Source of the DNA: Siniperca chuatsi
Lineage: Eukaryota
Direction: 5' to 3'
DNA length: 64,000 nucleotides
Assembly (NCBI RefSeq): GCF_020085105.1
Contig: NC_058054.1
Location: 6,867,595-6,931,594, forward strand
Translations under genes and position numbers: made by a program
Notes under the pieces: model-generated
The model's database searches: none
Told to the model about the DNA's origin: nothing
Seen by the model: the letters and a program-made list of their open reading frames with translations, nothing else
Shown here: positions 58,401 to 64,000 of the stretch, one piece after another
How positions within the stretch are numbered: the stretch's first letter is position 1
Layout: each line of letters opens with the position of its first letter

Positions 58401-60331
58401 ATACAGGCCAAACATTGATTTAATTGTGCTCACTGTTACACAACAAAAATCATTACATTATCTGAGAGGGGGAGTTTGTTAATTACAGTAGCAACGAAAA
58501 AATGCAGGTTGATGAGCACAGAGAAGAATAAAAATATAATATAATATTACAAGAAGTAGCCCATAAAGAGTCTATATTGGTTTTAAAGAGTTCTTTCTTT
58601 GAGATTTATAGTTATTTGACAAAACATTTTCCAAAACAACCATCACCACTGGTGTCTTCTGATGTGTCCTACTCTGCTAACTGTAAAATAATTTTATTTC
58701 TAATTTCTTATATGTTTATGTTTGTAAAGGGTAAAAAAGTAAGTAAGTAAGGGAAAGTAAGGATGTTTCCAGCTGTCGTTTTCCTATTAACTTCACAAAA
58801 TAATACATTTATGTATTATTCTATAATATTATTTCATCAGTGTGTTTTTACAACAGTAAATACATTCAGCTCAGAAACCCCAATATCTTTATAGTTTTTG
58901 GCTAGATTACCTAAGATGTTTATTTTATCTATGTAGACCTACATGTATTTGTTGAGGGCCATTTTCAAGCACATAAAAATGTCAGATGGTTTTACTCCAG
59001 AAAAAAGGCAATTTGGAGTAAAACCACTAAAATGAAAGTCAAAATACCTAAATGCTGACCTCTGTTTGCTCTGTAGTGGCTCGTACACTAATGGACTGAC
59101 CTTGCTTTACTCTCATTTGTTCTGCTGTCTCTCCCACTCTGCTGCCTCGTCTCTCTAGATTTCACAATCTGAAAAAATACTGTTTTTCTTTACAGAACAG
59201 TCCTCGGGGCATGAAACTAATTTGATTTAGTGCCATCCTTGAAATCCAAATCTGATCCACCTCAAGAGACAATCCTGGTTGTTTCAGTCAAGTCATTTTG
59301 AAGCATTTTATGGTTCTCAAATGTGAGAATTTGCTGCTTGTTACATTATACCAAATATTTTGGGGTTTTGGACATTTGATGACGTCGCCTGCTGTACGAT
59401 GTTGTGATGGACATTTTTCACTGTTTTCTGATTCTGGTTTTATAGACGATTAATCGATAATGAAAATAATCGTTAGTTGCAGCCCTAGTTTTAGCCCCTC
59501 TACAATAGAGCTCTAACGATTAATCGATAGATGGGAAATTGATCTGCAACAAATTTAATTGATTAATCGTTTTAAGTAATTTTTTAAGCAAATATGCCAA
59601 AATCCTCTGGTTCCAGCTTCTCCAATGTGAATATTTGCTTTGTCTTCTATGATTGTAAAATAAATATCTTTGGTTTTTGGACTGATGGTTGCACTAAACA
59701 AGGTATTTGACAACATCTTGGACTCTAGGACACTGGGATAGGCCTTTTCTTTTCTTCTTTTTTTACCATTTTCTGGACCCAACGTTTAATCAATTAAGAG
59801 AAAATAAGTTTTAGATTAATCAGTAATAAATATAATCATTAGTTGGAGCCCTAACTGAACATATTTTGCATTACTGCCAACCAATTTCCAAATAATTGTA
59901 TGATATTTTAGATGAGATTTACCACCTTCCTGTCAGCAACTGGTTACAGTTAATCTCAAGCACGTCTGAAGTCTCTGCAAGTTAATTTTCATATTGTGCT
60001 GGCATGGACTGAAACTAGTAACTCTCTGAAAGGTTGGAAATCACTCTAAAAACTTATGGTATGTTTTCAAAAATAGTCAGAAGTATTGTAAAGGAAAGGC
60101 AATTTGTACTCAATGTGTTAAAACCACCAGAATGGTCCTTAAATAAATGCAACTTTTCAATTCTTTCTCAGGGATGGTGTGACTGTGCCAATGGGGCCGG
60201 GGGTGAAGACGGGGGTGGGCAAATACAACGCTTACTCCCTCCTGTACAATGAGTTCATCGTTTATAACCCTGCCCAGACTCGCATGAGGTACCTGCTGCG
60301 GATCAAGTTCAACTACTCTTCACTGTGGTGA
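49427..60331 (+). CDS. parp2: parp2 (poly(ADP-ribose) polymerase 2). Gene-level span of a 17-exon CDS totalling 1950 nt (649 aa). It contains an N-terminal WWE-domain exon not present in mammalian PARP2.
   Basis: The WGR domain [52 protein letters not shown]...WFRWGRVGKVGQ is nearly identical to human PARP2. Helical and catalytic domains also match: [96 protein letters not shown]. All splice phases are consistent and the length is divisible by 3. Confidence 0.92.
50913..51122 (+). CDS. parp2: parp2 exon 2, WWE domain: [70 protein letters not shown].
   Basis: Acceptor gtgttcag, donor G|gtatgt. The WxW..D..W..Y...LE.A......V.L......Y.VDL..M.Q.N..T...R.IRR pattern matches the WWE consensus as in RNF146 and PARP11/14. 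ORF track 50771..51277. Confidence 0.85.
51632..51796 (+). CDS. parp2: parp2 exon 3: [55 protein letters not shown], an acidic/basic linker with a KRRR NLS-like motif.
   Basis: Acceptor ttgttcag, donor G|gtaacg. ORF track 51637..51834. Confidence 0.85.
52004..52074 (+). CDS. parp2: parp2 exon 4: [24 protein letters not shown].
   Basis: Acceptor gaacag, donor AAG|gtgcag. Confidence 0.9.
52478..52700. mobile_element. Partial copy of the 'gggctgcaactaac' MITE family in parp2 intron 4.
   Basis: agagctgcaacagttagttgatgaaaagaagacaatgagttgtcgactattttcataatcgactaaattgc...ggttccagcttctcatatatgaggatttacc. Confidence 0.6.
52948..52998 (+). CDS. parp2: parp2 exon 5: [17 protein letters not shown].
   Basis: Acceptor ctttcag, donor CAG|gtaaaa. 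Confidence 0.9.
53446..53542 (+). CDS. parp2: parp2 exon 6 (WGR): [32 protein letters not shown].
   Basis: Acceptor ttttgtag, donor G|gtgagt. Confidence 0.9.
53700..53775 (+). CDS. parp2: parp2 exon 7: [25 protein letters not shown].
   Basis: Acceptor tttttcag, donor AA|gtgaga. Confidence 0.9.
53866..53968 (+). CDS. parp2: parp2 exon 8: [35 protein letters not shown]. It ends at a GC donor (AAG|gcaagg).
   Basis: Acceptor gccacag. Downstream read-through hits a stop and the next conserved exon starts in phase 0 at 54113. A GC-AG intron gives exact alignment length to human PARP2. Confidence 0.8.
54113..54266 (+). CDS. parp2: parp2 exon 9: [51 protein letters not shown].
   Basis: Acceptor tgttccag, donor G|gtcagt. 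ORF track 54131..54361. Confidence 0.9.
54397..54418. repeat. (TA)n microsatellite in a parp2 intron.
   Basis: atattatatatatatatatatat. Confidence 0.85.
54615..54753 (+). CDS. parp2: parp2 exon 10: [46 protein letters not shown].
   Basis: Acceptor tacctgcag, donor GG|gtaagg. Confidence 0.9.
54856..54919 (+). CDS. parp2: parp2 exon 11: [22 protein letters not shown].
   Basis: Acceptor ttttccag, donor GAG|gtacag. Confidence 0.9.
55020..55154 (+). CDS. parp2: parp2 exon 12: [45 protein letters not shown].
   Basis: Acceptor ttttttcag, donor AAG|gtcagc. Confidence 0.9.
56199..56326 (+). CDS. parp2: parp2 exon 13: [42 protein letters not shown].
   Basis: Acceptor gtgtgaag, donor AG|gtaata. Confidence 0.9.
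56545..56592. repeat. (CTAT/CTGT/CTAC)n pyrimidine-rich tetranucleotide microsatellite forming the polypyrimidine tract of the parp2 exon 14 acceptor.
   Basis: ctatgtctatctatctgtctgtctacctacctacctacctgtctgtctaccag. Confidence 0.8.
56595..56694 (+). CDS. parp2: parp2 exon 14 (catalytic): (R)[33 protein letters not shown].
   Basis: Acceptor ctaccag, preceded by a (CTAT/CTGT/CTAC)n pyrimidine microsatellite at 56545-56592. Donor ATG|gtagga. ORF track 56503..56739. Confidence 0.9.
56787..56885 (+). CDS. parp2: parp2 exon 15: [33 protein letters not shown].
   Basis: Acceptor catctag, donor GAG|gtgagt. Confidence 0.9.
57813..57977. repeat. ~165-bp near-perfect palindrome (foldback/MITE-like hairpin element) in parp2 intron 15, centred on ctcaattgag at 57886-57895. 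The arms are identical except for a 6-nt TTGATT indel.
   Basis: Left arm tcgtagaaaaggtttaagtcgtagtcatctggacactgttttcagacgtttcggctcccatccggaagtcattctcaattgag is the reverse complement of the right arm. A half-copy lies at 5038-5140. Confidence 0.85.
58245..58369 (+). CDS. parp2: parp2 exon 16: [41 protein letters not shown].
   Basis: Acceptor ggttgcag, donor CT|gttagt. ORF track 58218..58418. Confidence 0.9.
59395..59843. mobile_element. One to two adjacent or nested copies of the 'gggctgcaactaac' MITE family in parp2 intron 16 (termini ...cgttagttgcagccctag and ...cattagttggagccctaactg).
   Basis: gattaatcgataatgaaaataatcgttagttgcagccctag; ctctaacgattaatcgatag...ggttccagcttctccaatgtgaatatttgc...cattagttggagccc. 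Confidence 0.65.
60172..60331 (+). CDS. parp2: parp2 exon 17 (last): [53 protein letters not shown].
   Basis: Acceptor tttctcag. Stop TGA at 60329-60331. Human ...YNEYIVYNPNQVRMRYLLKVQFNFLQLW*. Confidence 0.9.
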
Positions 60332-60529
60332 GGCTGCTAAAAACAGTATGGCTGTGTGAGTCTTTGGGGGATTTACTGTCCACAAAGCAGGGATGATACA
60401 TCAGTCAGTCATTCTTCCTGTACAGTTAGATACTGTTCAGCTCTTGGTTTTAGGGAAAGGTTGTTAAACCTGAACACACTGCTGTGAGTGGATAACAGAA
60501 ATGTTTACTTTCTCGGTGATGTATTGGTT

Positions 60530-60842
60530 GATTATCAATTAGTCATTTGACAGAAAATGAATTGGCAACTGTTTTGATAATCAGTTCATTGTTTTAGTCA
60601 TTTTCGAAGCAAAAGTGCCAAATATTATGTGGTTGCAGGTGACTCACTGCTTTTCTTCGTCATATCTAAAATCTTTGGGTTTTTAACTGTTGGTCAAATA
60701 AAACAAGCAATTTGTTGGCTGTGGAAAATTAAAATAGGCATTTTTCACTATTACATTTTATAGACAAAGCGATTAATGGATTGATCAGGAAAATAATTGG
60801 CAGATTAATTGATAATGAAAATGAACGTTAGTTGCAGCCCTA
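60530..60842. mobile_element. Copy of the 'gggctgcaactaac' MITE family in the parp2 3' UTR/flank, ending gaacgttagttgcagccctacag.
   Basis: ttttgataatcagttcattgttttagtcattttcgaagcaaaagtgccaaatatt...attaattgataatgaaaatgaacgttagttgcagccc. Confidence 0.65.
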
Positions 60843-63800
60843 CAGTGATGTCAACAATGGGTCCAAAGTTTATACAAATCACTTGATATGTAAATGTGAA
60901 GAAAAACACCAACAAAACTGCTTCTACTTTTTCCTACAGTGGGTTTTCTCTACTAATACGACATTTCATCTTCGTTCTTTTTGAGTCAGAAAATGATGAT
61001 GGACCCTCTCAAAGAATGTCTGAATATTGCTTTGTCAGTAGAGTGAGACTGTAGGTTAACTATATCGCTGCCGAAGCTTTGGTAAGGGTAAAAGATGAGA
61101 AGGAATACATGCGATACGGTATAAAATATGCTAAACATTTTGCACTACTTTTTGTCCTCATATCAATGTAAGATGTATTGTATTACATGTTACGTATGGC
61201 AATATTCATTGCATTTTGGTTTCTGCTTTGGTGCTGTATGAAACACAAATGGTCTTATGGATCTATTGGATTATCAGTGTGTGTAATAACATAACATAAT
61301 GATTTGGAAGTTCTTTAAGCATGTTTGACATAAGCATTTGTATTGAATAATTCCCTAAATGTTATTGAATGTATCTTATTAATGTTGAAAAACTAGAAAT
61401 GGATTGCTTTCATTTGTTTCTATAATTGTCGGGTCAAATTTTTGTATGGGTTAACGTGCAATGCAAAACAACAAATACAGTACAACATTGTTTTTATATC
61501 AATTTTTATTTATGTAAAACTGAGACAAAGACAAGATTCTGTAAAAACACTGAAAATCATTCATTCAGTGTCACTAAAAACAGGATGCAGTTACAATATA
61601 TACATTAAAATAATAATAATAAAGGACATTTTCATTGTGGTTACAGTTTTGGATGTCCGTCTGTGTGTTTTGTGTATGAAGATTCACTTCCTCCCCAGCA
61701 GGTAGAGGAAGATGAGGACTATGTCCAGGTAGATCATGAGAGCAGCGTTGATGTATTCCTCTGGATCCAGACGGTAGCTCATCATCCCCATCAGCAGCTG
61801 ACAGTCGATCATCAGGAACTGAGACAGGCAGGAAGGGAGGGAGAGGAGGAGAGGAAGATTTAGGACAGGGTGAGAGATTACTACCAGATAACTAATAGTA
61901 AATTATTACATGTCACAGCAGGAAAAGGCTCACTGTCATAACTTAATGGCAAACTTGAATAGAAGAGTCAATGTTGTTAGTAACATGAAAACGTGTTTCT
62001 TGCCATGGGAGAAATGTTCCTTTTGCTAAGTGGCCCTTTCACCATTGTTGCTGACAGATTGATGATTTCACTTAAACTGCTGCTGTGGAAGTCACTTTAT
62101 GTGTGAGATTGGATGAATTCCTAAAAATCAAACTTATTACATCCACTCTCTGGCTTGTGTGGCTTTGACCCTTGCACTAATTTAGACTTGGTATGCCTTC
62201 AAAGCCTGTAAACATACAATATATTGTTCAACCTCACAGAAGAAGCTGTTAAGGCAGGACAAAGCTGCATTCAGACCAAAATGCGCCTGGTGAAATTTAG
62301 TGTGGTCAAAAGCAAGGGGGGCAGGAAATGGGTAGGGTTGTAAACATAAGCTGTGTCCCAAAACTTACATACTTAACATACTACATACTTATTCCATAGA
62401 GTACGCACTACATCATAATCATCATAGTATACTGTGTTTGCTGTTAGTATACAAAAATACCAACACACTTTGGAAAGCTACTGCCAATTAAACTGAACAA
62501 AGAGACATCAAAATCAAGATTTTTATGGAGCTGTTTCACTATCACCCACAATTTATTTTAATGTTTTTCAGCTGTGAGCAGCTCCTCCATTTCCTCTGTG
62601 CATTGCATTGTGGGAGAATAGTGTGCATCAACAGCACACTCAAAAAACAACCTTTCATTAGTATGCTACTGGCTGGTTTGTATAGTATACTTTATTTTGA
62701 CACTTTTCCAGTGTGAAAACCTGCTTAGAATCTGCATGTAGTATGGATCTGGGACACGGCGCATACAGTATTTACCCTTCGCCATTTTATTTTAATGTTT
62801 GAATTCTGAGTTGAATTTTATGCTCTATATAGTACCCTTAAAAGTTCTCAGTAACAATCCCACAATGCAAAGCGTCACATTTTATAGCTGCAGAAGTTAC
62901 TGTTGTGCAGCTCTACACCTGCCACACAAATTTCAATTTACTGCTCACAATAGAGTAAACTATTGAGTGTCTTTTACATATGGAGTAATGAATGCGTGAA
63001 CAAGGGAGTGATTTCGGACACAGGCCTAGACACACTCATTGTTCACAGGTGTTTTCCTTTATTTTGCCTGATTAGATCTCTTCTCGAGGCTGAGTCGGCA
63101 TGTAACACTCTGTTCAACTGTCATTACTTTTCTGTTGAAGCTGTTAATGAAAGCACCTGTTTGGGAGTGCAGTACCTTTAATGTGGCTGATAAAGACATT
63201 ATTTCCACTGCTGTACACTCGTTTGTTCTAACTAAAACCAAGTCACGAGGTTAAATGTAAAATAAAATAAAAAAAGTACTGTAAATGAAGTGGAACTGTG
63301 CATTTTGACGCCACAGTGAACCTCCCACAGAGCTTCCTTTTTCTCACAGAAAAATTGTTCATAGCTGTAGTGGCAGACAATATTCAACTGTACAAAACTG
63401 TTTGTATTTCTGTCTAGCATATAGCATATAATGACTGGTGAATGCTTTTACAGGGTATCTGCAAGTCTTGAAAAGTCTTAAAAAGCATTGAATCCAGTTC
63501 CCTCAAAAAAGGCCTTTGTGAATTTTATTTACAAAGGTCTTGAATATTTTTTCTTGCCCGCCGTAGACAGCAACATTAGTTATAACTTTTTTTGTATGTG
63601 GCTGCAGGCTGTTGGGGGACATTACTCGTCTATAAACTAGTGCAACGGCTGATAATGCGCACAGGAGGCTGTTTAATCCTTTTTTGTGGAGTTTCAGTCA
63701 GCATCATCAGACCTGTAGCAAACACTGTCACTTCAGCTAGCTGCAGTAGCTAGGAAGCTCATCGACTTTATATTACTAGCAAGTATTGTTATATACAGCT

Positions 63801-64000
63801 GGGAAGTGCTGACAAAAATGTGATATATGTAATAATAAATTCATATACTTAATAAATAATTGTAGGCCTTATTGTCCTTACTGGTTTTCCGTCATTCTTT
63901 GATGGTATGACTGTGAAACAGGCATTAAATTGTGCTCTATGTGGTATTAAAAATGTCTTAAAAAATCTTATATTTAATTTGGTGAACGCTGCAGGAGCCC

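Noticed and set aside
1-64000. Prokaryotic-style features (operons, CRISPR arrays, defence islands, rRNA/tRNA).
   Set aside because: The sequence is clearly vertebrate: GT-AG introns, microsatellites, Tc1 and MITE elements, and orthologues of human 14q11.2-q12 genes. No CRISPR repeats, tRNA cloverleafs or rRNA were seen.

Overview
This window reads as teleost fish (probably percomorph) nuclear DNA, not a prokaryotic accessory region. It carries five spliced protein-coding genes whose human orthologues all lie on 14q11.2-q12. nfatc4 sits on the minus strand at ~7.8-22.3 kb (13 coding exons). ltb4r is on the plus strand at 31.4-34.0 kb with 3 coding exons. sdr39u1 is on the plus strand at 38.0-40.8 kb with 6 exons. 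mettl17 is on the minus strand at 42.9-47.1 kb with 13 exons, plus a possible 5' exon at 48.7 kb. parp2 is on the plus strand at 49.4-60.3 kb with 17 exons. I derived every exon boundary by hand from splice consensus and reading-frame continuity. The summed CDS lengths are in frame for all five genes: nfatc4 2667 nt, ltb4r 1029, sdr39u1 915, mettl17 1395 and parp2 1950. The rest is interspersed repeat: a satellite-like tandem array, a defective Tc1-like transposon with ~215-bp terminal inverted repeats, five copies of a 'gggctgcaactaac' TIR MITE family, a second MITE with 21-bp TIRs, a 165-bp foldback palindrome, and GT/CA/CT/TA microsatellites and homopolymer tracts. The most notable observations are these. 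(1) The second coding exon of parp2 encodes a clean WWE domain that mammalian PARP2 lacks. (2) A TATA box, a possible PSE-like element and a T9 run delimit a ~210-nt candidate Pol III-type ncRNA in the short head-to-head mettl17-parp2 promoter. (3) Two GC-AG introns. (4) ltb4r has an intron-interrupted CDS. (5) A long foldback palindrome lies inside a parp2 intron. No CRISPR, rRNA or tRNA was seen. Coordinates should be treated as accurate to a few nt.
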